Assembly: GCA_963734495.1 (NCBI GenBank)
Contig: CAVTHK010000013.1
Location: 60,654-124,653, forward strand
Source of the DNA: an uncultured Spirochaetota bacterium
Lineage (GTDB): Bacteria > Spirochaetota > Spirochaetia > SZUA-6 > CAVTHK01
Length of the DNA stretch: 64,000 nucleotides
Direction of reading: 5' to 3'
Shown here: positions 9,321 to 21,809 of the stretch, piece by piece
Position numbering within the stretch: the stretch's first letter is position 1
Layout of the letters: each line of letters begins with the position of its first letter
Position numbers and translations under genes: made by a program
The notes under the pieces: model-generated
Databases searched by the model: none
What the model saw: only the letters and a program-made list of their open reading frames with translations
Told to the model about the DNA's origin: nothing

Positions 9321-10058
9321 TCAGGCCGCCCCCCGCGCGCCGGGCTGCCGCGAGCGGCGATAGAACTCCTCGAGAGTGATCCTCTCCGGGTCCACCCCGA
9401 TCTTGCGCATGGTCACGACCAGCTCCTGCAGGACGGCCCTGGTGCCGTTGTTGTGCGCGGCCACGGCGGCGCGCGCTTCGGCGAGGTTGCGCGAGCGCAG
9501 CGCGGCGATGACGGCGAGGTGCTCGCCGAGCGTCTCTTCGGGCGGGCGGACGAGCCCGCCCATGAACGAGCGGTTGAAGACCTGGAAGCTCTCGTTGACC
9601 TTGCGCGCGAGGCTGTTGGAGCACAGGTCGAGCATGGCGAAGTGGAACCGGACGTCGGCCCTCCGGTATCGCTCGGCATCGATGGCCCCGGATCGGGCGC
9701 GGAAGGGCTCGAAGATCCGCTCCAGCCGGCGCATGTCGCCGTCGGATGCCGAGGCGACGATCTCGGTGACGATCATCGTGTCCAGGGCCTCGCGGAGGGC
9801 GAAGAGGTCGAGGAGCTCCTTGACGGTGATCTGGTGAACGAAGAACCCCGTGTGGGGAATGTTGTCGACGAGCCCCTCGGACTCCAGCTTGTGCAGCGCG
9901 TTGACCACCGGCGTCCGGCTGATCTTCATTTCCTCGGCCATGGCATTCTGGTTGATCTTGCTGCCGGGGGGGATGCGCTTGTTGACGATGAAGGTCCTGA
10001 TCTGCCCGTAGACCCAGGCGGTCGTCTTTCCCCGCTTCAGCTCGGCACTATTTTGCAT
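9321..10058 (-). CDS. GntR-family transcriptional regulator (FadR/FCD subfamily)
   Basis: MQNSAELKRGKTTAWVYGQIRTFIVNKRIPPGSKINQNAMAEEMKISRTPVVNALHKLESEGLV is a GntR wHTH, followed by an FCD domain. AT-rich upstream region. 23 nt upstream of the URO-D-like gene on the same strand. Confidence 0.8.
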   Translation of the reverse strand: MQNSAELKRGKTTAWVYGQIRTFIVNKRIPPGSKINQNAMAEEMKISRTPVVNALHKLESEGLVDNIPHTGFFVHQITVKELLDLFALREALDTMIVTEIVASASDGDMRRLERIFEPFRARSGAIDAERYRRADVRFHFAMLDLCSNSLARKVNESFQVFNRSFMGGLVRPPEETLGEHLAVIAALRSRNLAEARAAVAAHNNGTRAVLQELVVTMRKIGVDPERITLEEFYRRSRQPGARGAA

Positions 10059-10266
10059 ACAATTCCGCGAGATTGCTCTCGAGGTCAATATAGAGACGGG
10101 CGCGCTCCCTGTCAAAGCAGATCCCACGGGGCGGGCGCGGCAGGGCGGCCCCGCCCGGCCGCGCCCGCCGACCCGGCAGCCCCGCGCGGCGCCCTCCGGC
10201 CCTGCCCGCCGACCCGGCCGTCACGCCCGGCGTCCCCCGGGCAGCGCCCCAGCCGCCCCGGCCCCC

Positions 10267-11037
10267 CTACCAGACCGAGTAGCCGCCGTCGATGACGACG
10301 TTGGCGCCCGTCATGAAGCTGGAGGCGTCGGAAGCGAGAAACACCGCGAGGGGGCCGAGCTCCTCGGGCCTGCCCGGCCTCTTGAGCGGAGTCCAGTCGA
10401 GCCACATGCCGCCGTGCTTCGGGTCCTCGAAGAACGGCCGCGCCATCGGAGTGTCCATGTACCCCGGCGAGATGGCGTTGACGCGGATGTTCCAGGGCGC
10501 CCACTCGGCGGCCAGGCTCTTCGTGAGGTGGATCACCGCGGCCTTGGAGGTGTTGTATGAAGTCTGGGCCTGCGGACGGTTGACGATCACGCCGGACATC
10601 GAGGCGATGTTGATGATGCTCCCCCCGCCGTCCGTCTTCATCCGGCGCGCCGCCTCCTGGGAGCAGAAGAAGACCCCGTTCAGGTTGACGTCGAACACTT
10701 CGCGCCAGTCGGCCTCCGGCACGTCCTCGGCCGCGCCCCACTTCGTGATCCCGGCGTTGTTGACGAGGACGTCGACGCGGCCGAAGCGGCGCACCGTCTC
10801 CGCGACCATCGCGGCCACGCTCTCGCGCCGCCTCACGTCGGTGGCCACGGCGATCGCCTCGCCGCCCAGGCCGCGCACCTCCGCGGCCGTGCGCTCTCCC
10901 GTGTCGGGGTTCAGCTCCGCCAGCGCGACGCGCGCGCCGGCTTCGGCGAGGCTCAGGGCGAAGACGCGCCCCAGGCCCTGCCCGCCCCCCGTGACGATGG
11001 CCGTGCGCCCCTGGAGCGAGAACTTGTCGAGCACCAC
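10267..11037 (-). CDS. SDR-family oxidoreductase
   Basis: TAIVTGGGQGLG (Rossmann), NAG, and the S...YNTSKAA catalytic triad. GTG start with GGAGG RBS. Confidence 0.8.
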   Translation of the reverse strand: MVLDKFSLQGRTAIVTGGGQGLGRVFALSLAEAGARVALAELNPDTGERTAAEVRGLGGEAIAVATDVRRRESVAAMVAETVRRFGRVDVLVNNAGITKWGAAEDVPEADWREVFDVNLNGVFFCSQEAARRMKTDGGGSIINIASMSGVIVNRPQAQTSYNTSKAAVIHLTKSLAAEWAPWNIRVNAISPGYMDTPMARPFFEDPKHGGMWLDWTPLKRPGRPEELGPLAVFLASDASSFMTGANVVIDGGYSVW

Positions 11038-11050
11038 CGCAACCTCCGTG

Positions 11051-11629
11051 TCACTTGCGCCTCGCGCCCAGGATGAGCACGTCCTGCCGCGGAACGTCTG
11101 CGAACGGACCCACCCTCGTGGTGGGCACCGACACGATCCGGTCCACGACGTCCATGCCCTCGATGACCTTGCCGAAGACGGCGTAGCCATAGTCGCTCGC
11201 CGAGCGTCCGCGGTGGTCCAGCGCACGGTTGTCGGCCACGTTGAGGAAGAACTGGCTGGTCGCGCTGTTCACGTCCTGCGTCCGCGCCATCGAGATCGTG
11301 CCCCTGGCGTTGATCAGGCCGTTGGCGGCCTCGTTGCGGATCGGCGCCCTGGTCGGCTTTTCCTTGAAGCCCGGCTCGTACCCGCCGCCCTGGATGACGA
11401 ACCCGGGAATCACGCGGTGGAAGAGCGTGTTCGCGTAGAAGCCGCTGTCGACGTAGCCGAGGAAATTCCTGACCGTGTCCGGCGCCTTGGCCGGGTCGAG
11501 CTCCAGCGTTATGGAGCCGAGGCTCGTCTCGAGGACCACGTCGACCGGCGCCGGTTTGGCGCAGCCATCCGCAGCCGCGAGCGCGGCGATCACAGCAAAG
11601 GCCTCGAGGGCCCGCAATCCCGAACGCAT
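11051..11629 (-). CDS. periplasmic/lipoprotein cyclophilin-type peptidyl-prolyl isomerase
   Basis: Signal/lipobox-like N-terminus (AALAAADGC) and a cyclophilin core ([14 protein letters not shown]...). Confidence 0.8.
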   Translation of the reverse strand: MRSGLRALEAFAVIAALAAADGCAKPAPVDVVLETSLGSITLELDPAKAPDTVRNFLGYVDSGFYANTLFHRVIPGFVIQGGGYEPGFKEKPTRAPIRNEAANGLINARGTISMARTQDVNSATSQFFLNVADNRALDHRGRSASDYGYAVFGKVIEGMDVVDRIVSVPTTRVGPFADVPRQDVLILGARRK

Positions 11630-11647
11630 GAACTCTCCTTCATCCCG

Positions 11648-12607
11648 CTACAGCTCCGACAGGAAGCTCAGGATACGATCCGCGGAGCCCGGCAGCGCCT
11701 CGTGGCCGAAATCCGGGTAGATGATCATCCGCTTCTTCGAAACGATCCGGTTGTACGCCGCGAACTGGGTCGACGGCGGACAGACGTCGTCGAGCAGACA
11801 GGTGGTCATCAGGACCTCGGCCCGGATCCGCGGACAGAGGTGCTGAACGTCGATGTAGCCAAGGCGCGTGAACAGCTCCTCCTCGCGCTCGTGCGTGGGG
11901 TCGAAGAGCCGGAAGTGCTTCTTGAGCTCCCCGTACGCCTTTTCGGCGAGGTCCATCTCCCAGACGCGCTTGTAGTCGCATAGAAAGGGGTAGACCGGCG
12001 CGGCCCGGGCGACACGCGGCTCGAGCGCCGCGCACGCAAGCGTGAGCCCGCCCCCCTGAGAGCCGCCGGTGGCGCCGACCCGCTTCTCGTCGACCTCGTC
12101 CATGGCCATCACGATGCGCGCGAGCTGGGCCGTGTCCAGAAACAGCGCGCGGTAGAGCAGCTTGTCCGGGGCGTCTTCGAGCCCGCGCACGATGTGGCCC
12201 GCCTGGGTGTTTCCGGCGACGCCTCCGACGTCCTCGGAGAGGCCGCCCTGGCCGCGGCAATCGAGCGCGGCCACGCTCGCCCCCAGCGCCACGTACGGCA
12301 GCTTGTCGCTCCAGTCGCCCGAGCTCATCGTGTAGCCGTGAAACATCAGGACCGCCGGGTGAGGCCCCGCGGTGCGCTTCGGGCGGAGGTACTTGGCGTG
12401 CACCCGCGCCCCGCCGGCTCCGCGGAACCACAGGTGGAAGCACTCCGCAAACGGCACCTGGAGCTCGGCGGGCTCCAGGCGCGCCTCGGTGCCGAGCGAG
12501 TCGAGCTCGGCGAGCGCGCGCGCCCAGTACGCGTCGAAATCGTCGGGCCGTGGATTGATGCCCTGGTACCGCCGCAATTCCTCGAGAGGCTTGTCGAGCA
12601 TCGGCAT
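11648..12607 (-). CDS. acetyl xylan esterase / cephalosporin-C deacetylase (AXE1, CE7) family
   Basis: Internal ATG ([28 protein letters not shown]...) of ORF 11648..13168. GGSQGG nucleophile motif. 319 aa. Confidence 0.75.
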   Translation of the reverse strand: MPMLDKPLEELRRYQGINPRPDDFDAYWARALAELDSLGTEARLEPAELQVPFAECFHLWFRGAGGARVHAKYLRPKRTAGPHPAVLMFHGYTMSSGDWSDKLPYVALGASVAALDCRGQGGLSEDVGGVAGNTQAGHIVRGLEDAPDKLLYRALFLDTAQLARIVMAMDEVDEKRVGATGGSQGGGLTLACAALEPRVARAAPVYPFLCDYKRVWEMDLAEKAYGELKKHFRLFDPTHEREEELFTRLGYIDVQHLCPRIRAEVLMTTCLLDDVCPPSTQFAAYNRIVSKKRMIIYPDFGHEALPGSADRILSFLSEL

Positions 12608-12642
12608 GGCAGCGTTTCCCTCCTGGCCGGCCGGTGACCGGG

Positions 12643-13168
12643 CTACCGCCCTGCGAACTCCTTGTACAGCATGCTCGGCTGCACGCCCTGGTTGTTCTGA
12701 TACTTGCCGCTGCGGTAGGAGTCGAAGTCCCCTTCGAGAGTATGGTAGTAGATCTGGCAGATCTGGACGCCGGGGTAGATGCGGATGGGCTGGACGCAGA
12801 AGATCTCGAGGGTCCAGTAGCCGCTGAACCCGACGTCGCCGAAGCCCGCGGTGACGTGCACGAAGAGCCCGAGCCGCCCGATCGACGATCGGCCCTCGAG
12901 CATCGGCACGCAGCCCTCGGTGCGCGTGAACTCCACGGTGCGGCCGAGATAGAGCCGGCGCGGTTCGAGCACGAGGCCCTCGGCCGGGATGCCGATCTCG
13001 CTGTACCGGTTCGGCCGCGCCATGTCGAGGACCTCCTCCTCGTAGCGCAGCAAGCCGGTCGTGCAGCCGGAGGTTGTAGCTGTTGGGGTTGAGCTGACGC
13101 TCGTCGAACGGGTCGATGTGAATCTCGCGCCCGAGGCGGCGCCTGATTTCCCTGCCCGAGAGGATCAC
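12643..13168 (-). CDS. dcd: dCTP deaminase; +1 frameshift near 13055
   Basis: N-terminus [38 protein letters not shown] is in one frame. The remainder ([10 protein letters not shown]...GLVLEP...[17 protein letters not shown]...) is in ORF 12643..13053. Confidence 0.7.
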
Positions 13169-13289
13169 GGCCCCTCCTCTGCGCTGCGCCGGACCGGCGG
13201 CCGTCCTGTGCCGGCGCGCGCTGCCGATCGCCCGAAACGCCGCTTGAATCTACCAGCTTGAGCCGAGGCTCGCAACCGGCGGCGCGCGA

Positions 13290-13400
13290 CCGCGGGCGCG
13301 CCCACTGCCGGGCCGCACTGCGGGCCGCACTACCAGGCCACACCGCCGGGCCGCACCGCCGGGCCGCAGCAGCACCGCCGGGCCGCCACCCCAGGCCGCT
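13290..13400. repeat. GC-rich imperfect tandem repeat, about 5 copies of (C)ACCGCCGGGCCGCA
   Basis: Direct reading of 13290-13400, between the pfpI stop and the dcd start. Confidence 0.45.
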
Positions 13401-13401
13401 A

Positions 13402-13921
13402 CCGCCCGGCCACCTCCACGAAAGCGCGCATGTAGTCGGGCAGGTCGGGCGGCCTGCGGCTGGAGACGACGTTCCGGTCGACCACGACCGGCGGCGTCGA
13501 CCCACTCGGCGCCCGCGTTGGTCATGTCGTCGCGGATGCCGGGCGTGCTGGTCACCCGCCTGCCCTTGAGGATGCCGGCGGAAGCGAGCACCCAGCCCGC
13601 GTGGCAGATCTGCCCGATCGGCTTGCCCTTGCGGTCCATTTCCCGGACCAGGGACAGCACCTCGGGGAAACGGCGGAGCCGGTCGGGCGCCCAGCCGCCG
13701 GGCACGAGCAGCGCGTCATACGCGCTCTCCCCCGCCTCGGCAAAGGCGACGTCGGCTGTGGCCGGCAGCCCGTACTTGCCGGTGTAGACCGCGCCCCTCT
13801 TTTCGCCGACGAGCTCCACGACGGCGCCCTCCTCGCGGCACCGGATCACGGGATACCAGAGCTCGAGGTCCTCGAACTCGTCCGCCACCAGACAGGCTAT
13901 CCGCTGGCCCTTGAGACGCAT
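13402..13921 (-). CDS. DJ-1/PfpI-family protein; frameshift near 13500
   Basis: MRLKGQRIACLVADEFEDLELWYP...GKPIGQICHAGWVLASAG (nucleophile elbow). The C-terminus (PVVVDRNVVSSRRPPDLPDYMRAFVEVAGR*) is in another frame. Confidence 0.7.
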
Positions 13922-14065
13922 CCGCTCCTCCGCGCGCCCGAGGGGGCGCCCGAGGCGAAAGGTAACCAGAATCCGGCCGCGGAAGCCACCGGAGGTCCGC
14001 CGCCGCCGAAACGTGGCGGGACACCCCTGCCTCGCGCAACTGCGGGCGATGAGCTAAACTGCGGT

Positions 14066-14200
14066 CGGGCAGCCTGTCAGACTTCGCGGAGGCATGCAGC
14101 TGTTTTGTGCCCGGCCGCGGAGGACCGCGGCCGGTTCGGCAGCCTGTCTGACCCATGCAGCTGCCTTGTATCTGGCCGCGGAGGACCGCGGCCGTTATCG
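14066..14200. repeat. Tandem duplication of a 65-nt unit, each ending in a perfect hairpin (GGCCGCGG AGGA CCGCGGCC), in the glgP leader
   Basis: Copy 1 about 14066-14136, copy 2 about 14137-14198. Hairpins at 14113-14132 and 14175-14194. Immediately upstream of RBS GGGAGGAGG and the glgP GTG at 14217. Confidence 0.6.
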
Positions 14201-14216
14201 AGGGAGGAGGCGCATC

Positions 14217-16709
14217 GTGCCCGTGCGAAGCTTGTTCGTGTACCCGCGTTTCCCTGCCAAGCTCTCCCGGCTGCTCGACCTCGCGTACAACCTTTGGACG
14301 TTCTGGGACAGCGAGGCGCTCAAGCTCTTCGAGCGCATCGACCCATCTGCGTTCCGCCTGGTGGGCCGCAGCCCGATCGAGTTCCTCCACTCCCTCTCGC
14401 AGGCGCGTCTGACCGAGCTCGCCAATCCGATGCCGCCTTCCTCCGCGAGCTGGAACGTGTCTGGAAGCGCCACGGCGAAGCCATGCAGCCCGCGATCGCG
14501 CCGCGGATCGCCTACTTCTCCATGGAGTTCGGGCTTCCCAAGCTCCCGATCTACGCCGGGGGGCTCGGCATGCTCGCCGGAGACCATCTCAAGGGCGCTT
14601 CGGACATGGGTCTGCCGATCATCGGGGTCGGCATCTACTACCGCTACGGCTACTTCGTGCAGCGCGTCAACGTCGACGGGGAGCAGGAAGAGATCTTCCG
14701 GGAGATCAACCCGCACTACACGCCCATCCAGGAGTGGAAGACGCCCGGACGACCAGTCCGTGTTCGTCACCATCACCGTCGGCGGTCAGCCGATCCGCCT
14801 CAAGCTCTGGCGCGTGCAGGTCGGCCGCGTGAGCCTCCTGCTGCTCGACGCCAACGTTCCCGAGAACCCGCCCGAGATGCGCGCCGTCACCAACTACCTC
14901 TATGACGCCGACCGCGATCGCCGCATCATGCAGGAGATCGTCCTGGGGCAGGGAGGCTTCCGGGCGCTGGAGGCGATCGGCATCCAGCCGGACGTATTCC
15001 ACCTCAACGAGGGACACTCGGCGTTCCTCATCATCGAGCGGCTGCGCAAGCTCATCCGCGACCAGGGCTACGGCTTCGACGAGGCCTGCGCCATCGTCAA
15101 GTGCACGACGGTGTTCACGACGCACACGCCGGTGGAGGCGGGCAACGAGAACTTCCCCGTGGAGACGATCCGCAAGTACCTCAAGGCCGACGTCGAGGCC
15201 CTCGGAAGGAGCTTCGACTCGTTCATGGAGCAGGGCCTCCTGCACGACCGCACGACCTTCTGGCTGCCCGCCTTCGCGATCCGCTTCGCCCGCCACATCA
15301 ACGGCGTCTCACGGCTGCACGCCGGCGTGTCGCGCCAGATGTGGAAGGACCTGTTCCCCGGCCGGCGCGAGCACGAGATCCCGATCGAGGCGATCACCAA
15401 CGGCGTTCACGGCTCGTGGATGGCGCCGGAGATCCACGACCTCATCCGGACCTACGTCGGCGACGACATCATGAGCATCGAGGTCGAGGAGCGGCATGCG
15501 GGAGCGCGTGCAGGAGATCCCCGACCTCGAGCTGTGGGACGCGCACATGAAGTGCAAGCGCCGGATGATCTCCTACCTGCGCTCGATCTTCACGGAGAAC
15601 TGGATCGAGCGCGGGTTCTCCCCGGCCCGCGTCCGCCGGGCCCGCGAGATGCTGAACGCCGGCTTCCTCACGATCGGATTCGCCCGCCGGTTCGCCACCT
15701 ACAAGCGGGCCGACCTGATCCTGCGGGACAAGGAGCGCCTCGCGCGGATCCTCAAGAACGAGCGCAGGCCCTGCCAGATCCTCTTCGCGGGCAAGGCTCA
15801 CCCGGCGGACATCATGGCCAAGAAGATCATCACGCGACATCTTCGACTTCGCCCGCGAGTACGATCTCGAGGACCGCATCTTCTTTATCGAGAACTACGC
15901 GCGGTCGGTGGCCGAGCACCTCGTCCAGGGGTGCGACCTGTGGCTGAACAACCCGATCCGGCCGAACGAAGCCTCCGGGACGTCGGGGATGAAGGCCGGG
16001 CATCAACGGGGTGCTCAACCTGAGCGTGCTCGACGGCTGGTGGCCGGAGTGCTTCAACAACGCCAACGGCTGGGCCATCACGGCCGGCGACTACTACGAC
16101 AACCCGGAGATGCGCGACGCGGCGGAGGCGAACCAGATCTACGACTACCTCGAAGGCGAGGTCTCGGAGCTCTTCTACGACCGGGGCGAATCGGACGTCC
16201 CCGACGGCTGGGTGCAGCGGATGAAGGAGTCGATCTTCACGGTGGCCCGCGGCTTCAGCATCACCCGCATGCTCCGCGAGTACGACCGCCGCTTCTACTC
16301 GTTCGCCCTCGAGCAGGCGGCGCCGGCTCGGCAGCGACCACGGAGGCGCGGTCAAGCAGATCGTGGCCCGCGCCAACCGGCTCAAGGAGCACTGGGACGA
16401 GGATCCAGTTCCGCGCCGTGGAGAGCGACCTGGAGAAGCGCAAGGCCGTCTTCGCCGACGACCAGGCGGCGTTCTCCTGCTACGTCTACCTCGACGACCT
16501 GGAACCCGCGGAGCTCGACGTGGAGCTCTTCTACTGGCGGGAGCGCGACGATCAGACCGAGACGGTCCGGCTCGCGTTCAAGGACCTTGTCGCGGAGCGG
16601 ACGGCCCGCTACGAAGGCACCCTCACGCTGCGCACCCACGGCCTGCAGGAGATCGACGCGCGCGTCGTCCCGGCGGACCCGGCGATCCGGGACCTCTACC
16701 CCAACCTCG

Positions 16710-16729
<20 letters not shown>
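14217..16729 (+). pseudogene. glgP: alpha-glucan phosphorylase (GT35, DUF3417-type maltodextrin/glycogen phosphorylase), fragmented by about 6-8 frameshifts
   Basis: Pieces spread across ORFs 14094..15947, 13601..14905, 15496..16023, 15908..16729, 16011..17588 and 16363..16812: N-terminal DUF3417 region, IAYFSMEFGL, GGLGMLAGDHLK, TNGVH, SGTSGMKA (PLP lysine), C-terminal ...YPNLVKWAAG*. Confidence 0.7.
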
Positions 16730-18895
<2,166 letters not shown>

Positions 18896-18992
18896 CGGAG
18901 CGCGACCCTGACGCCGTCCGCCCGCCCGCCCTTGACGGCCCGGCCGGGGCGGACGGATACTGGCGGGCAGTCTCGGCGGGGTCGCCCGGACG

Positions 18993-21809
18993 GTGAGAAT
19001 GGCCTGGAAACTGAACCCCGAAGCGCCTTCGAGCCTGGCCCTCTGGAGCGAGGAAGAGCCTTTCACCGACGACGAGGTCAAGGCGGAGATCGCCGCGTGC
19101 TTCGCGCAGGGCAGGGCGTTTCCGTTCTTCGTCAACCGCGCCGCCATCGACGCGGTGCGGGCCGGCGCCGTCCGCCGCGGACCTGCGCGGCCTGCTCGCG
19201 GCCGACCGCGACCGCGTCGTCGACGAGGTGGCGAGCAGCGATCGCACGATCCGCCAGCGCCTGCTCTCGAGCGTGCGCCTGCCCGCGCGCGATCCTCGAC
19301 GCCCTCGTCTCCCTTCACCTTTCCCTCTCCGGAGATGGACCAGGAAGGGCTCCTCACGCGGCGCTTCGTCCTGATCCGCGAGCGCCCGGGAGCCCCGACG
19401 CTCTTCCATCTGTCGGCCAACTCCACTGTCCTCGCCCACGTCGGATTGGGGCCCGCCGAGCACGAGATGCCTTCCATCTACCTCGGGCTGCAGGTCTTCG
19501 ACCTGCTTCTCGCTCGAGGAGCCGACGCCGAACGACGCCTGCCGCGTCGTTCCAGCACCTGCTGGCCATCGAGGAGCGCGCGATCGAGACGGGCTACGCC
19601 CACACGAGCGACCTCGACGCCCGCAGACCGCGGCGGACCTCTCCGGACATGCTCCTGCGTCTCGAGCGGCTTGCGGGAATCCTCGAGCCCGCCCCGGTCG
19701 AGCCGGCCGCGGGCGTGCGGCCGTTCGCCGCCGCAGGACCGCAAGCGCCTGCTGGCGCAGCTCAACGCGCGCGCGCCCGACGACCGCATGCGGTTCGACC
19801 ACGCCGAGGGCCTGCGCGCGATCGAGACGCTCGAGCGCATGGCCCGCCGCTTCAAGACGAGCGGCGACCGCCGCTCGCTGCGCGAGGTCGCGCGGCTGCT
19901 GGTGGCCGCGGCCGCTCACGACGTGCACGAGATCCGCAACCGCGCCAACCTGATCCTCGACCGCATGCTCGCGCCCAAGGAGTTCGACGCGCCTCTCGCG
20001 ACGGCCTTCGAGACGGTGCGGCTCGGGGCCGCCTTCCGCTTCGAGTTCGCCCTGGCGCGCGCGCGGACCGACCTGTTCGTCCGGGTCTACCGGGACAGCC
20101 GGACCTCCGAGTTCCCGATCGACGCCGAGCTCGACTACTGGGACATCCCGCTGCAGTGGACCGACGACCGCTACGCCGCTTCGTGGAGGTTCCGCGCCCT
20201 CGGGCGGCACGACTGGGTGCTCTACAAGAAGCTGGCGCGCGAGACAGTGCCGATGCAGAGCGGCCGCATCAACGTGATCGCGGACGTGCGCGGGGAGCTC
20301 GTGCTGGAGATCTTCCCGGACATCCACGGCCACACTCGCCTGTACTGGAAGGATACCGAGCACCCCGGCCTGGTCTACAACGAGGCCGGCGAGGTGATCC
20401 GGCTCGGGACCTTTGCCGACGTGCGCCGCTCACCTCGCGGACATGAAGGAGCGCTACGCATCACGGCGGTCTACCTGCTGGGCGTGCAGAAGCGCGGCTC
20501 CAACCGCGAGGACTGGGCGCCCGAGGCGCGCTCGCCCTCGCCCTTCGCCCCCGTGAGCCTGATCGAGATCGAGCCGTCGCTCGGCGGCCCGGAGGGCCTG
20601 AAGGCCCTGGTCGCGGAGGCGCACCGGCTCGAGCTCAAGGTCATCGTCGACATCGTCCCGCACCTGAACCGCCGCAGCACGGAGCTGCCCGACGACTGCG
20701 TGGTCAAGTGCCACGACGGTCGCGGCAACGTCGTCGTCCGGGCGTCGACCGACGGCCGCTTCGGCAGCTGGAACGACGGCAAGCTGCTGAACTGGCGCAA
20801 GCTCGAGGTCTGGGAGTGGCTCGCGGGATCGATGACGCGCCTCATCGAGGAGTACGACATCGACGGCCTGCGGTTCGACTCGGCGCACGCGGTGCCGATC
20901 GTGATGAAGCGCGACAACTACCCGCTGGCGGGCGGGCGGATGCGGAGCGCGGAATCGATGGTCGAGGGCGAGATCATCGTCAACGACCGCGAGCACGATC
21001 ACTTCGTCACCACCGGCTACTACGACTCGGCCTGCCGCGAGCTCATCGCCCCGCCCGTTCTACAGCTACCTCGGCGGCGCGGTCTACCGAAAGCTGCGCG
21101 AAAAGGGCAAGAGCTTCTTTGTCACGATCGCGGAATGCTACTGGGGCCGCGAGCAGTTCCTCTCCCGCACGGGGTCATGCCGTACAACTCGGCGCTGTTC
21201 AAGATCTGCGAGAACATCATCCACGGCAGCGTCCGACGTCCGCGAGATCTACCACCTCTACGACAACTACTACCCGCGCGCGCTGCCCCGCGGCACGGAG
21301 ATGGTCGGCATCCTCGGCAACCACGACGAGCGGCGGGCCGTCAACACCTTCGGCGAGCGGGGGCTGCGCGCGGTCACGATGCTGACGCTCTTCATGAGCG
21401 ACATCGTGATGGACTACGAGGGCAGCGCCGAAGGCGAGGCGTGGAAAGTCTTTGTCGACAACATCTACGTCAACTGGCACGACTTCGAGGCCGCGGCCTA
21501 CCGCGGCCTGGAGGATTTCTACCGCGAGGCGTACTCGTTCCACCGCCACAACCGCGGCCACGGGCACATGGTGTGGGCCGGCAACAACATGATGGCCGCC
21601 GCCGTCCGCTTCACGCGCGGTGCCGTGTGGCTGGGCGCCTTCAATTTCTCAGACCAGGACCAGCACGCCTCCCTGCAGTTCGACAGTCCCTCGCTGCCTC
21701 TCGACGACCGGGCCTACTACCGCCTCGTCGACCCCGTCTACTCCCCGGTGACCGGCCGCTCCGGATGGTTCACGGGGCGGGAGCTGCGGGTGTCGCGAGT
21801 CGGGCGTGA
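18993..21809 (+). pseudogene. large GH13 (alpha-amylase family) protein with a roughly 450-aa uncharacterised N-terminal region; several frameshifts
   Basis: GH13 regions: I VIVDIVPH, II GLRFDSAHAV, III AECYWG, IV LGNHDE. The end overlaps the glgA GTG start (GTGA). Confidence 0.55.

Noticed and set aside
9376-9837. Plus-strand ORFs inside the GntR / URO-D-like region and many other 60-150-aa ORFs in the track.
   Set aside because: These are antisense or out-of-frame to strongly supported genes, with biased Arg/Ala composition and no motifs.
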